A stretch of 64,000 nucleotides of DNA from Acidimicrobiia bacterium (GTDB lineage Bacteria > Actinomycetota > Acidimicrobiia > Spongiisociales > ZC4RG35): contig OZ242000.1 in the NCBI GenBank assembly GCA_965204615.1, forward strand, positions 3,223,913 to 3,287,912, given 5' to 3'. Shown here one piece after another: positions 14,675-24,781 of the stretch. Each line of letters begins with the position of its first letter. Positions within the stretch are counted from its first letter, which is position 1. A model generated the notes under the pieces. It was given only the letters and a program-made list of their open reading frames with translations, was not told the DNA's origin and did no database searches. The translations under genes and the position numbers were made by a program.

Positions 14675-14962
14675 CTAGCTAACGGGAACTAGATGAGACT
14701 CCACGGCTGCCCTTAGGGCAGGATTCAGGAGGCTGAGGAGATGGTAGCGATCCTCGGTTGGACGATTAGCGATTCGGCGAGCCGCTCTTTCTGGACTGAG
14801 AGCGTTCAAATAGAATCGCCAGTCATCATCTGTATAGGCATCGGCCATGGTATTCGCGATCCGCCGTGCCTGCTCTACTTCCTCCGGTCCGGCGGGCACC
14901 CAGTTGTTGGGTTCACTGCCCAACTGGCAGATAGCCTCTATCTTTTCCGTGGTCCACCTCAT
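14675..14962 (-). CDS. Hypothetical protein (95 aa), first of a two-gene mini-operon
   Basis: The ORF is followed 8 bp later by a 66-aa ORF on the same strand. No recognisable motifs. Confidence 0.3.
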   Translation of the reverse strand: MRWTTEKIEAICQLGSEPNNWVPAGPEEVEQARRIANTMADAYTDDDWRFYLNALSPERAARRIANRPTEDRYHLLSLLNPALRAAVESHLVPVS

Positions 14963-15281
14963 TCACTAAAATTTAGCACCAAGACTCGAAGCCCGTGCTT
15001 CGGTTAGTGACCCGTCTCCCCGCAACCGGAAGGCTAAAGCGTTGTTTTCTTTGAACGGTGAGATCCCGTTCTGGGACACCAATCGCCGCGCCTCTCCTTT
15101 TTGGAGCCCTATCGCGGTTGCGAACCGCGGTCGGAGGCGTAGCACCCGCTGTGGACATTTCAGCGGGAACCGTCCACCGGGCTGACGGCCCTGCGCTTAT
15201 GCCATCAGTGTGACAAGTACTGGCTCAGTTCGGCGAGGTTTCGGTCAATGGCCTCTTGGGCGCGAAGCATCATCAAAGCAC

Positions 15282-15666
15282 CCTCCGGGAGGGAGCCCGA
15301 AGGGGAAGGGAGCAGCGGGCGTTTTTCGCGACTTGGCTGTGGTTTTCGCCGTGGATTTCTCGGCGGGGCTAGTTGCTGGCCGGATTGGCTAGGGAACGAG
15401 ACAGACCCTTCCCAGCACCTGGCGGTCGGCCAGGTAGGCCATGGCAGCGGGGGCCTGGTCGAAGGAGAAGACCCGGTCCACGTGGGGTGGATCGAGCCCT
15501 GTTCGCACCACTCTTTGAGCTGGACGAGATTGGCGCGGTTTTCTCTGGGTAGCCTTCTACGAAGTCTCCCCAGAACGCTCCCACCGCCGAGGCCGATTTC
15601 AGGAGGGCCAGGTTGAGCGGCAGGCGGGGGATCTTGCCGGCCGCAAAGTCCACCACCAGCAGGCGT
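15282..15666 (-). pseudogene. Truncated copy B of the qor 3' end (~270 bp) plus conserved downstream element
   Basis: 15400..15666 aligns to the last ~270 bp of qor (LLVVDFAAGKIPRLPLNLALLKSASAVGAFWGDFVE...). 15282..15400 is the shared downstream element. Confidence 0.7.
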
Positions 15667-15689
15667 CCACAGCAGGAGCGTGACCCCAC

Positions 15690-17186
15690 TCAGCTTTCTC
15701 TTATGGTCGGCGGAACCGGCTCTTTGGATGGTGGGCAGATCGCCGGTTCACGGGTGCGGCACATGAATAGCATGGTTTCCTCCCTCGATGGTGTGGATTG
15801 GAACCCGAATGTGTTGGTTGCCGTTCCGCCTGTTATTCCTTGGTTGTAGGCCCAGCCGATGGGCGCCTGGTACCAGGCGTCGGCGTTTCCGGGAACGTCG
15901 TCATAGTGGTCTTTGCCCAGAGTGCCGTTGGCTGGTTCTCCTTCCGCGCGGTAGAGGAATGCCATGGTTTGTTCTCTGGTAAGGGTGTGGCCCATCCCGA
16001 ATAGGCCGTTCCCGATTCCAGTGGTGATGTGGTTTTCGAAGGCCCAGCCGATCGGGATGTTGGCCCAGTGGTCGTCTGGGACATCGGTGAAGTGGGAGCT
16101 GCCGTCGTACTGGTCTGTTGTGCACTCGTCCGGTGCGTAGGCTCGGCACAGGAAAGTTATCATTTCTTCTCGCTTCAAACCTGACTGAACCCCGAACCGT
16201 CCTTCTCCGACGCCTGCTGTGATCTCCCATGATTGAGCCCACCTCACCGGAACGTAGTAGAAGTCGTCGTAGGGTACGTCGGTGAAAGTCGGGTAGTCGT
16301 CGCCTGGGGCTATCTCGATTATGAAAGTGTCTCCGTACCGTTCGATCACATCGAGTTCGTATCGGTCCGGATCCGTTTCGCTGTCCCCCCAGTAAATACC
16401 TTCGTCGAGACCTAGAACATGAAGCACCGAGTCGTCTGCTCCCGATAGGGCCGGTTTCGTTCGCCTGTCCGCACCCCAACAAGCATCCCTGTAGGGGTTG
16501 TCGCACTGAGCGGCGGATTGGTCGATTAGGTAGACCTCAACGCCTTCTTTCTGGATGAGAGAGTCGTATGACTCCTGAACTCGAACTCCTATGGAATGGA
16601 ACATTCCAGTAGACCAGTGCATGATCACCATCTGAGTGCCGGTTGAACCAATCGGGTTTATTGCATGCAGCGATACATGATCCCAAGGATGAATCTCTAC
16701 TTGGTCGGGCTGAATCCAGCCAGCCGCGTAACGATTCAATACATGAGTGCCCGCCAGAACCGGACGGATAGACCATCCTCTATTGTCCTCGTACCTTGCG
16801 GTCGGCCCTCTGCTCATCACATCCATGGGATTGTCATACTCGTCTATCGTGCCATCGTCATTCAAGGTTTCGCCAGTGAAGGAATGGGGCCAACTGAGCG
16901 TATGCCCGATCTCATGAGCAACGGTGTAAATCAGATTCAAGGCACGAAGGTTATCAAGTGATCCTATCCCGTTCTCGATAGAAGACAGAGCAATGGGAGA
17001 CCATCGCACGCCTACGTTCGTGAACCATCCCATCCATACCTCCCTACCGCTGTCAGGATAAAGGTCATGACACCAATTGATGGAAACACTGTCCCAACAG
17101 TAGGAGCCAGGCCCACCCCAAGACCATACGTTGGAAGCATCATCAATATCCAGCGTGGAAACGACAATCGCTGCATGGTTTCCGCC
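15690..17186 (-). pseudogene. Secreted zinc metalloprotease with C-terminal SLH domains, 3' (C-terminal) portion, cut by IS21
   Basis: HEIGH zinc-binding motif (VAHEIGHTLSWPHSF). Three SLH-like segments (FTDVP..HWA...W....GIT.G.....FG....LTREQ...FLYR). The ORF lacks a signal peptide; it continues on the far side of the IS21 element. Confidence 0.65.
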
Positions 17187-17251
17187 TGATGACGATCAGC
17201 GAAAGTGCCCAGAGTCGATCAGCGAAAGTTCCCACCCTGGGTTGGGTGGTT

Positions 17252-18040
17252 TTAGGCTAGCAGGTCTCCTTTCGGGCGGTGTTTTCTGGCTTGTGCTTGG
17301 TAGCTTCGCAGGCGGTAGCTGTCGCCGGTGATGGTGAACACGACGCTTTTGTGGAGTAGGCGGTCGAGCATGGCAGCGGCGATGGTGTGGTCGGAGAAGA
17401 TCTCTCCCCAGGACGCGACACCGAGGTTGGTGGTGAGAATGATTGATCCTTTTCCGTACCGTCGGGAGATGACCTGGAAGAGTGTGGCGGCGTCTTCTGC
17501 CGGCATGGGCAGGTATCCGAGTTCGTCGATTATCAACACTTTGGGGGTGTTGAAGAACCGCAGGGTTTGGGCCCATCTTCCTTGTAGGGCGGCTTTGCGG
17601 CACCGCGCCGCCAGGTCGGCGGCGGTGGTGTAGTACACCTTGTGTCCGGTGTCCACCGCGGCGCGTCCGAGGATGACCGCCAGCATGGTTTTACCCACGC
17701 CGGGCGGTCCGATGAACAAAACGTTGGTGGCGTCGGCCAGGTAGGCGCCGGTGGCCAGTTCTCTTATGAGTTTCTCGTTGATGCTGGGTTGGGCGGTGAA
17801 ATCGAAGTCTTCCAGTTTCCAGCGGGTGGGGAAGTTCGCCAGTTTGAGACGGGTTTCCCATCTGCGCTGTTCAGTGGTTTCGACTTCTACTCGAAGTAGA
17901 CCTTCCAGGAACTGGGTGTGTCCGGTGTTGTCCTGACGCGCCGTCTCGAGGTGGGTGGGGAGCGCCTCGGCCGCGGCGGGTAGGTCGAGGTAGGCCAGAT
18001 GGCCTCGTAGTTGTTGGTACACCGATTGTTGGTTCATCAC
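17252..18040 (-). CDS. istB: IS21-family helper ATPase IstB
   Basis: Walker A GPPGVGKT and Walker B LIIDELGY, in an IstB-like sequence. Overlaps istA by 4 bp. Confidence 0.85.
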   Translation of the reverse strand: MMNQQSVYQQLRGHLAYLDLPAAAEALPTHLETARQDNTGHTQFLEGLLRVEVETTEQRRWETRLKLANFPTRWKLEDFDFTAQPSINEKLIRELATGAYLADATNVLFIGPPGVGKTMLAVILGRAAVDTGHKVYYTTAADLAARCRKAALQGRWAQTLRFFNTPKVLIIDELGYLPMPAEDAATLFQVISRRYGKGSIILTTNLGVASWGEIFSDHTIAAAMLDRLLHKSVVFTITGDSYRLRSYQAQARKHRPKGDLLA

Positions 18041-19332
18041 AGCCCCCGGTTTTGTTGGTCGATGTGCCGCTGATAAACCTCCAGGTCTATCACCGTTTCT
18101 GTGTACAGATCAGCTCCGATACCCGAAGCGATAGCCAAAGCCGCTGCCGATGGCGGACGGTTGGGTTTGGGTTTGCAGGGTGGTTTGGTAGTGAACTCGG
18201 CCAGGACCACGTTCTCCAAAGCAGCGGTGTGTTCGGGTAGCCGTACCACCCGTCCCATACCGCGGGGTGCCTGCTGGTGGGTAGCGACCAGCCGGCCACT
18301 GGCCGAGAACATGCTGATAGTGGGGTCACCCAGCCGCCAACGGACGGTGACCTGGGTTCCTATCACCCCTGGTGGCACCGAGTATCGGTTACCGCGTACC
18401 GATACCAGCCCGTTGGAAGCCACCCTGCGCTCCAGGACCCCTTCCGCCGGGTAAGCCACCAGGGGCAGCTCGAGGAGAGGCTCGGTCTCGGCCAGTTCCC
18501 CCACGGTGCTCTCGCCTCGTGGACGGGCGTCGCCCACCGTTTGGCAGAAGCTGTCCAGGCTGTGCTGTGCCTGGGCGATGCTGGTCACCGCCGCGGTGCG
18601 CCACCACCGCTGAGAGACATAGTGAATGGCCTTTTCCACCACGCCTTTCCGTTGAGGACGGCGCGGTGGGCACGGATCGACAACCACCCCGTAATGCTTG
18701 GCTACCCCAACGAACGACGGCTGGATACGACCGCCGGCGGCGACCACGGTCGCCATCCGATCCACCCGCCACCGCCGCGGGGTGCCCCCCAGGCGTCTCA
18801 ACACCTGGTCGAGACCCTCCACCAAATGGGGTTGGTCCTGGCGGGACGTGATCCACGCCCGAAAAGCGCCCGAGTGCGACAACACACCCACCAACACATG
18901 AGCCGTGGCTCCCCACGGGGCATCACGCAGCTCCACCCAATCCCATTGACACTCCTCACCCGGCGGATGATCGATGATCGCAGTGGCACGGCCCCTGGTG
19001 CCCGCACAAGCGCCACACAACGGCCGCAGGCCCCGGTTGCGGATCTTCCGCACGAACGTCGGGTAACTCTGCGAATAGCCCAAAGCCACCACCTCGTCGA
19101 ACAGCGCCGACCCCCACACATGCGGATCATCAGACAACCGCTGCCGCACATACGCCTCGAACTCATCAAACAAATCCGCCCCCGCCCGGGCACGCTGACC
19201 GGGCACCCGATCGCCCGACAGATACGCTCGCACGGTACGGCGGCTCTTACCAACATGACGGGCAATAGCCGAGATCGACCACCCCCGCCTCCTCAAAGCA
19301 TGAACTTCCACGCACTCCTCCAGTACCAACAT
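18037..19332 (-). CDS. istA: IS21-family transposase IstA
   Basis: N-terminal HTH (WSISAIARHVGKSRRTVRAY) followed by an integrase-core-like region. 431 aa. Confidence 0.85.
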   Translation of the reverse strand: MLVLEECVEVHALRRRGWSISAIARHVGKSRRTVRAYLSGDRVPGQRARAGADLFDEFEAYVRQRLSDDPHVWGSALFDEVVALGYSQSYPTFVRKIRNRGLRPLCGACAGTRGRATAIIDHPPGEECQWDWVELRDAPWGATAHVLVGVLSHSGAFRAWITSRQDQPHLVEGLDQVLRRLGGTPRRWRVDRMATVVAAGGRIQPSFVGVAKHYGVVVDPCPPRRPQRKGVVEKAIHYVSQRWWRTAAVTSIAQAQHSLDSFCQTVGDARPRGESTVGELAETEPLLELPLVAYPAEGVLERRVASNGLVSVRGNRYSVPPGVIGTQVTVRWRLGDPTISMFSASGRLVATHQQAPRGMGRVVRLPEHTAALENVVLAEFTTKPPCKPKPNRPPSAAALAIASGIGADLYTETVIDLEVYQRHIDQQNRGL

Positions 19333-19476
19333 AAGGGGCAGGGCTCCTCTCCACAGCTAGGAAATGTGACAATCCCTTAGCTTGGAGAGAGCCCTACCCA
19401 ACAACGGGCATTTACCCCCAGGAGGTGGGAACTTTCAGTGATCGAGACTGGGAACTTTCAGTGATCGCCAACACGC

Positions 19477-19879
19477 CTGTCGACCGATTGCTGACCGAAG
19501 TCAAACAGTCTTGTTGGTAGTTGGCTCGAACATACCCTCCGGGAACGAAGGACAAAGCATATTCTCCTTCTGACATCCAGGAGTAATACGGGGGCAACTC
19601 AGCATTCAGGAGTCCCGTTACGTTCTCAGGCGTCAGATCAAGAGAACCATGAACCTCGTCACACACCCATACCTCGAACCGGTCAGGCGCGGTTGTTCGA
19701 TACGACGTGAGTCCAAAGTTGGCCACCAGCCCCAGCGGGTCGGCCATATACGGATCGGGATCGGCCGACTGCAAAACCACCCGGTCAGTCACCGACAGAG
19801 CACTAGAGGGAGCAGGCAGGACAGCCATCAACAAGCCAGCAAGGAACACCACCCGCAACGTGCCCAAAAGGCTCCTCAT
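19477..19879 (-). pseudogene. Metalloprotease 5' (N-terminal) portion with signal peptide, separated from its 3' part by IS21
   Basis: MRSLLGTLRVVFLAGLLMAVLPAPSSA signal peptide. The ORF runs into the IS21 end. Together with 15690..17186 it would encode a precursor of ~630 aa. Confidence 0.6.
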
Positions 19880-19886
19880 CTCGATG

Positions 19887-20759
19887 TCAGCGCCTCTTGG
19901 AGGTCCCGGGGCTGGTGGGAGGTCCGAGGATCCCGTGTTGTTGGAGGCGTCGGCGGAGGGTCTCTAACAGAGGCTTCGTCACGTCGCGTCTGTACTTGTC
20001 CCGGACTATGGCAGGCAGGCCGACAACAAGAGTTCCGGCGATTGGTCCCCTCACCAGCTGAACTTCTCGGTAGGTGCGGCTCAGGCGCCTGTTGATCGTC
20101 TTCTCGTAGTCCGGCCGCCGCCGCTGACCGCTTTCTCTGAGAATCGTCCTCCACGGAACTCCACCAACCTGATTCGCCAGCGTTACGATGCAACGGAGCC
20201 TGGGACGAGCTGAACAGAGCAGTCGCCAACCAATCTCCTCGCCTCGTTCCCGGAGAGTCGGCGGAACATCGGAAAGCACCGAAGCCCGGAAGGGAACGAT
20301 GTTCATAGACGGTGTATCCCGAAGGAACCCAATGGCCTCCGGGCTGAGTCGCCCCTCCGGACTTGGGGTCGGGTCCTCTACAACCGCCACCGCTTCGCTC
20401 GCCGACGCCCCCACACAGATCATGGCTATCGCCTGGATCACACGCTGTAACCGAGCCGCGCCCACCTCCGCGCCCCAGCGGTCATCCAAATAAGCCGAAT
20501 ATCGGGGGTCGCGGAACGGGCGAACAGCATCATCGGGATGGGCGTGCCGGGGGCCACCTGCGGGGTTCATACCCACTATCGCAAACCCACTGCCCTGCTC
20601 GAAGCTCTCCACACTGGAATAGAGAAGCCGATAATTCAGTGTTCCGGTCTCCAATCCCAGCCATCCCTCCTCCTCGCACAGGGACCCACACTCTCCCGCC
20701 AGAGCCTCAAGCTCTGAACGCAGCCCCATCACGCTCCCTTCCAAAACCTGTCCAGACAT
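19887..20759 (-). CDS. Hypothetical protein (290 aa) immediately upstream of the metalloprotease gene
   Basis: Seven bp separate it from the metalloprotease start. No recognisable motifs. Confidence 0.4.
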   Translation of the reverse strand: MSGQVLEGSVMGLRSELEALAGECGSLCEEEGWLGLETGTLNYRLLYSSVESFEQGSGFAIVGMNPAGGPRHAHPDDAVRPFRDPRYSAYLDDRWGAEVGAARLQRVIQAIAMICVGASASEAVAVVEDPTPSPEGRLSPEAIGFLRDTPSMNIVPFRASVLSDVPPTLRERGEEIGWRLLCSARPRLRCIVTLANQVGGVPWRTILRESGQRRRPDYEKTINRRLSRTYREVQLVRGPIAGTLVVGLPAIVRDKYRRDVTKPLLETLRRRLQQHGILGPPTSPGTSKRR

Positions 20760-20799
20760 GATACCGAGAAAGACGCCCCGGCGGAACGAGACACCATCT

Positions 20800-20935
20800 G
20801 GGGGAGGGAAGCCCGCCGAGGGAGGGGACCGGCGGGCGATTCTCGCGACTTGGCTGTGGCTTTCGCCGTCAACTTCCCGGCGGGGCTACTTACCCGCCTG
20901 CTTTGGGTAGGGAACCAGACTGGCCCATTCCTTGT
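20800..20935 (-). repeat. Copy C of the qor-downstream element with only ~15 bp of the qor 3' end
   Basis: GGGGAGGGAAGCCCGCCGAGGGAGGGGACCGGCGGGCGATTCTCGCGACTTGGCTGTGGCTTTCGCCGTCAACTTCCCGGCGGGGCTACTT...TTTGGGTAGGGAACCAGAC aligns to the downstream element of copies A and B, including the qor stop-codon region. Confidence 0.65.
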
Positions 20936-20970
20936 TCTCCAACAGGTCTCTGTAGCATCGGGGCGGTCTC

Positions 20971-22905
20971 ATGAGATTCCGTGATCGGTTGGGTCTGGTT
21001 TCGGCTGCTGCGGCCGTGTCCCTTCTTTTGGTTGGTGTCCCATCGGTTTTCGGGCAGACGGCTCCGGACTTTGAGGATGTTCCCGAGGGTCATGTTGCGG
21101 AGGAAGCTATCTCATGGGCCGCCGACAATGCGGTAACGGAAGGCGTGGGCGACAACCGCTTCGGGATCGGCCAGACCCTTACCCGCTACGAAATGGTCAC
21201 ATTCCTGTGCCGAGCGTACGATCCCGCCAGTTGTCAGAGCGGCGTGAGGGGAAGCGATAGTTTCGATGACGTGCCTTCCGATCACTGGGCCGACCACTCG
21301 GTGGGTTGGGCGGCCGACCGTGGGATAACCAGCGGGGTCAGCGCCACGGAGTTCGGGGGTTCCCAGACGCTCACCCGTGAACAGATGATCACGTTCCTCT
21401 ACCGCGCAGAAGGGTCACCGACCGGCGGATCGGACGGAAGTGACGTGTTCCAGGACGGGCCCGACCGGAGCCATTGGGCGAGCCTCCCGATAGGTTGGGC
21501 ATACGACCAGGGAGTGACCGGTGGGATCGCCGCAGGAACATTCGGGTTCGGCACCAAGGTGTCACGAGAAGAAATGGTGCTGTTCCTGTGCAGGACGGTG
21601 GCGCCCGGGACGTGTCAACCGTCACAGGATCCCCTCCCCTCGAGTGTCGTTCACCCGTCGCCGACAACCACCACTAGGACGCCTACCACCCAACGCATGG
21701 CCTACTCCACCTTCTCTCCCAACCCTGGAGTGTGGGTGGAGGACGCGGACGGTACCAACAAACGACACCTACACGACAGTGGAGCCAACTTACGGTGGTC
21801 GTCCGACGGCACCAGAGTCGCCTACGGCGCCAGGGAAGGGTTGTGGGTGGCAAACGTGGACGGCACCCACAAACAACTCCTCGTCGAAGACGGCTCTTAT
21901 CACAAGTGGTCTCCCGACGGCACCAGGATCGCCTACAAAACCAGGGACGACGAGTTATGGGTGATAGGAGCGGACGGCACCGACAAGCAACAGCTCGGCC
22001 GAATCGACTCCATCTTCTTCCTCGACAGCTACCACTTCGTGTGGTCACCGAACGGTTCCAGAATCGCCTATCGGACCAAGGACCGTTCCTTGTGGGTGGC
22101 GGACGCCGACGGGACCAACAAACGACAACTCATGTACCGCAACAAGGGTTACAGGCTGCTGTGGTCACCCGACAGCGCCAAAGTCGCCTATTTCACCAGC
22201 GACGGCGAGTTGTGGATCGCGGACGCCGACGGGACCAACCAACGGCAACTGGGCGAGAGCGCCTATTCTCCGCGGTGGTCACCCGACGGCACCAGAATCG
22301 CCTACACCAGCCGCAGCGACAGGACATCGGGGCAGGTGATGTGGGTGGCGGATGCCGACGGGACCAACAAACGCCAACTCGGCGAACTCTTCAGCGGTAC
22401 AAGTCTGCGGTGGTCGCCCGACGGCACCAAGATCGCCTACCACAAAACCGGCGGCGCGTTCTGGGTGATGAGCGCCGACGGGACCAACAAACAACAACTC
22501 CACGACGATATTCATCACAATATCGCCCCGTGGTGGTCACCCGACAGCACCAAGATCGCCTACGGACAGAACGAGTTGTGGATCGCGGACGCCGACGGGA
22601 CCAACCAACAACAAATCGCCGAAGTCGCTCATACTCCGCGGTGGTCGCCCGACAGCACCAAGATCGCCTACCAAGCCGGCGATGGGTTATGGGTGGTAGA
22701 CGCCGACGGGACCAACCAACAACAAATCACCAATCCCGCCCAACACTACGTCTCCGTCACTGATCTGCTCTGGTCACCCGACAGCACCAAAATCGTCTAC
22801 TGGACCGGCTCATCAGGCCTATGGGTGATCGACGCCGACGGGACCAACCAACGAATAATCGCAGAATCCAGCCACGCCTACCAGCAGATATGGAGTCCCC
22901 GGTAA
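20971..22905 (+). CDS. Secreted S-layer-homology (3x SLH) protein with ~14 PD40/TolB-like beta-propeller repeats
   Basis: Signal peptide. N-terminal SLH motifs (FEDVPEGHVAEEAISWAADNAVTEG...; FDDVPSDHWADHSVGWAADRGITSG...). Repeated WSPDGT.IAY....LWV.DADGTN..QL units. Confidence 0.75.
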   Translation: MRFRDRLGLVSAAAAVSLLLVGVPSVFGQTAPDFEDVPEGHVAEEAISWAADNAVTEGVGDNRFGIGQTLTRYEMVTFLCRAYDPASCQSGVRGSDSFDDVPSDHWADHSVGWAADRGITSGVSATEFGGSQTLTREQMITFLYRAEGSPTGGSDGSDVFQDGPDRSHWASLPIGWAYDQGVTGGIAAGTFGFGTKVSREEMVLFLCRTVAPGTCQPSQDPLPSSVVHPSPTTTTRTPTTQRMAYSTFSPNPGVWVEDADGTNKRHLHDSGANLRWSSDGTRVAYGAREGLWVANVDGTHKQLLVEDGSYHKWSPDGTRIAYKTRDDELWVIGADGTDKQQLGRIDSIFFLDSYHFVWSPNGSRIAYRTKDRSLWVADADGTNKRQLMYRNKGYRLLWSPDSAKVAYFTSDGELWIADADGTNQRQLGESAYSPRWSPDGTRIAYTSRSDRTSGQVMWVADADGTNKRQLGELFSGTSLRWSPDGTKIAYHKTGGAFWVMSADGTNKQQLHDDIHHNIAPWWSPDSTKIAYGQNELWIADADGTNQQQIAEVAHTPRWSPDSTKIAYQAGDGLWVVDADGTNQQQITNPAQHYVSVTDLLWSPDSTKIVYWTGSSGLWVIDADGTNQRIIAESSHAYQQIWSPR

Positions 22906-23232
22906 GACCTGGAAAACCGGTCGTCCTTTGTCGAAGTGACTCGCCACCGGATCGGGCTGGGGGCTGACAGCGAACAAGTCCGGTCGAGTATGGACCCAGC
23001 CGAGCGGTTCGGGCCCGTTGACGAGGACACCGGCCGGCGGAAGGGATGATAAGCTGGCGTTGCACCTCGGGGTGGTGGGTGACAGCAAGCGGGCGCTACG
23101 GTACTTCGTCGCACCTCGTCAGACGATCACAATCGCAAATGAACGCTGCTGTGGTTTCATGAGCATCTACCTCGATAGTTAATTATGGTTGCCGGGCGTC
23201 CTCCTGAGGTTCCGCCGATGCTCCTATGTTTG

Positions 23233-24471
23233 TCAAATCGGGTTTGGGTGGGGTGGGAGGGTGGTGAGCCATTGGTGGTATCGGGTGGCGAGGTGGTGGT
23301 CGTGGTGTTGGCCTCGTTCGAGTTGGGAGATGCGTGTTGGGTAGGTTCGGAGGGTTTCGGCGGCGTGGTTTAGGGTTGTTCCGGCGTTTTTGCGTAGGCA
23401 GCGAAGGTCGTTGCCGTGGAGCGTGGGGTGTGGGTTGGTGAGCAGGTGGTAGATCTCTCGGGCGATGTGGCGTTTGAGGCAGCGGATGATTTCTTTTCGG
23501 GTTTTGCCTTCGGTTCGGCGTTTTTCGGCGTATTCGATGGTTGGCTGGTGCCAGCGCATGCGGGTGGTAGCGATCCGCCAGAGTGCCTGGTTGGCTTGGC
23601 GGTTCCCGCCGCGGTTGAGGCGATGGCGTACGATCCGTCCCGACGAGGCTTGGACCGGGCTTACGCCGCACAGGGCAGCGAAAGACGCTTCGGTGCGCAT
23701 GCGTTCGGGGTTGTCCCCAGCTGTGATCAGCAACGCGGCGGCGGTGTCCGCGCCGATCCCGGGAGCGGAGAGCAGCGCCGGGTTGGTCTCGGCGCAGAGA
23801 CGTTTGATGTCGGTATCGAGGTCTTGTATCTCGGCGGTGAGCGATTGGTGTCGGCGGGCCAAGACCCGGAGTGCTTTCTTGGCATAGGCAACAGTGGTCT
23901 GGGCTGTGCCGGGACGAAAACCGGCACAGATCTTGATCCGGGCTTTGCCCGAAACGCCGCTAAGTTGGTGTTTTACCTGCTCGGGAGCTGTCACCACCAG
24001 AGCATGCAACTGGTTTTTGGCCTGGGTGCGTGCCTTGACCGCCGAACGGCGGGCCACCTGGAGCATCCGTATCCCCTCGACCGGACCGTTTCCGCTTTTG
24101 GGTACCCCGGTGGCCTGTCCGTTGAGAACCGACCGAGCCGCGGCCTGGGCGTCGGTGGCGTCGGTCTTGCCCAACCGGCGGCGTAGCTGCCGATTGGGAC
24201 GGTTCACCTCTATCACCTCGACACCGGTCCCGGTTAGATAACGGGCCAGGCCGGCGCCGTAACTACCGGTGCCCTCCACACCGACCCCAACCACACGACC
24301 CTGAGACTGAAGCCAGTCGCCCAGTTGTTCATAACCGGCCGCATCGGCGTCGAACGGGGAAGTACCCAAGACTCGACCGGTGCTGTCCACCACCGCTGCC
24401 ACATGAACATCCCGATGGGTATCCACCCCACCGTACACTTGTTGACTCTCTGACATGAACAGTTCCTCCAA
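23233..24471 (-). CDS. IS110-family transposase
   Basis: N-terminal DEDD-type motifs (VYGGVDTHRDVHVAAVVDSTGRVLG; VGVGVEGTGSYGAGLARYL). 412 aa. Confidence 0.85.
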   Translation of the reverse strand: MEELFMSESQQVYGGVDTHRDVHVAAVVDSTGRVLGTSPFDADAAGYEQLGDWLQSQGRVVGVGVEGTGSYGAGLARYLTGTGVEVIEVNRPNRQLRRRLGKTDATDAQAAARSVLNGQATGVPKSGNGPVEGIRMLQVARRSAVKARTQAKNQLHALVVTAPEQVKHQLSGVSGKARIKICAGFRPGTAQTTVAYAKKALRVLARRHQSLTAEIQDLDTDIKRLCAETNPALLSAPGIGADTAAALLITAGDNPERMRTEASFAALCGVSPVQASSGRIVRHRLNRGGNRQANQALWRIATTRMRWHQPTIEYAEKRRTEGKTRKEIIRCLKRHIAREIYHLLTNPHPTLHGNDLRCLRKNAGTTLNHAAETLRTYPTRISQLERGQHHDHHLATRYHQWLTTLPPHPNPI

Positions 24472-24781
24472 AACGGGATAGAATTCGGCCTATTCACCAG
24501 ACCCGCTGGCGGATGGACAGACCACTCTGTGAGTATTAGGGGGGCCTCGTGGAGGTTGTCAGGAATGGCGTCAGCGGCGGTGTCGTGACCCAAGACCACT
24601 CTGACCTTTGTGTCTTACACGTGATATGTCCGACACCGCCGTGGCGCCTTCTGGGCGTTCCGTTGCTGGCCTGATCAGAAGCTTGTCCACCCCCTTGGGG
24701 GTGTGACCCATCACAGTGTTGCCGTCACGGTTTGCGCCTTCTTGGGGCAATAACCCAGTTTGCACAAGAAGGGAGTTTCTT

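Larger units (their letters stand above)
17187..19476 (-). mobile_element. IS21-family insertion sequence (2290 bp) with 4-bp target duplication CGCC
   Basis: istA and istB genes. ~50-bp terminal inverted regions each contain two copies of a CGATCA(GC/CT)GAAAGTTCCC motif, the multiple terminal repeats typical of IS21. Termini are TG...CA. Direct repeat CGCC at 17183..17186 and 19477..19480. Confidence 0.85.

Noticed and set aside
14960-15280. Possible structured ncRNA in the non-coding stretch between the small ORF pair and qor-fragment copy B
   Set aside because: Only weak, non-compensated stem candidates and no recognisable RNA family motif. Insufficient evidence.
20800-20935. Whether the conserved ~100-bp element downstream of the qor fragments encodes a small RNA or hairpin
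   Set aside because: A hairpin visible in copy C (GGCGGGG-CTACTTA-CCCGCC) is not conserved in copies A and B. No covariation supports an RNA structure. Kept only as a repeat.
21732-22763. 343-aa Arg-rich ORF in an alternate frame of the SLH-PD40 gene, and similar R/G-rich ORFs inside the delta-60 gene (41380..41950)
   Set aside because: Frame-shifted translations of repetitive beta-propeller coding sequence; typical high-GC artefacts.
24716-24781. Upstream extension of the second IS110 transposase (track start at 24716)
   Set aside because: A good RBS (AAGAAGGGAG) precedes the in-frame ATG at 24782. The 22 extra codons are not transposase-like.
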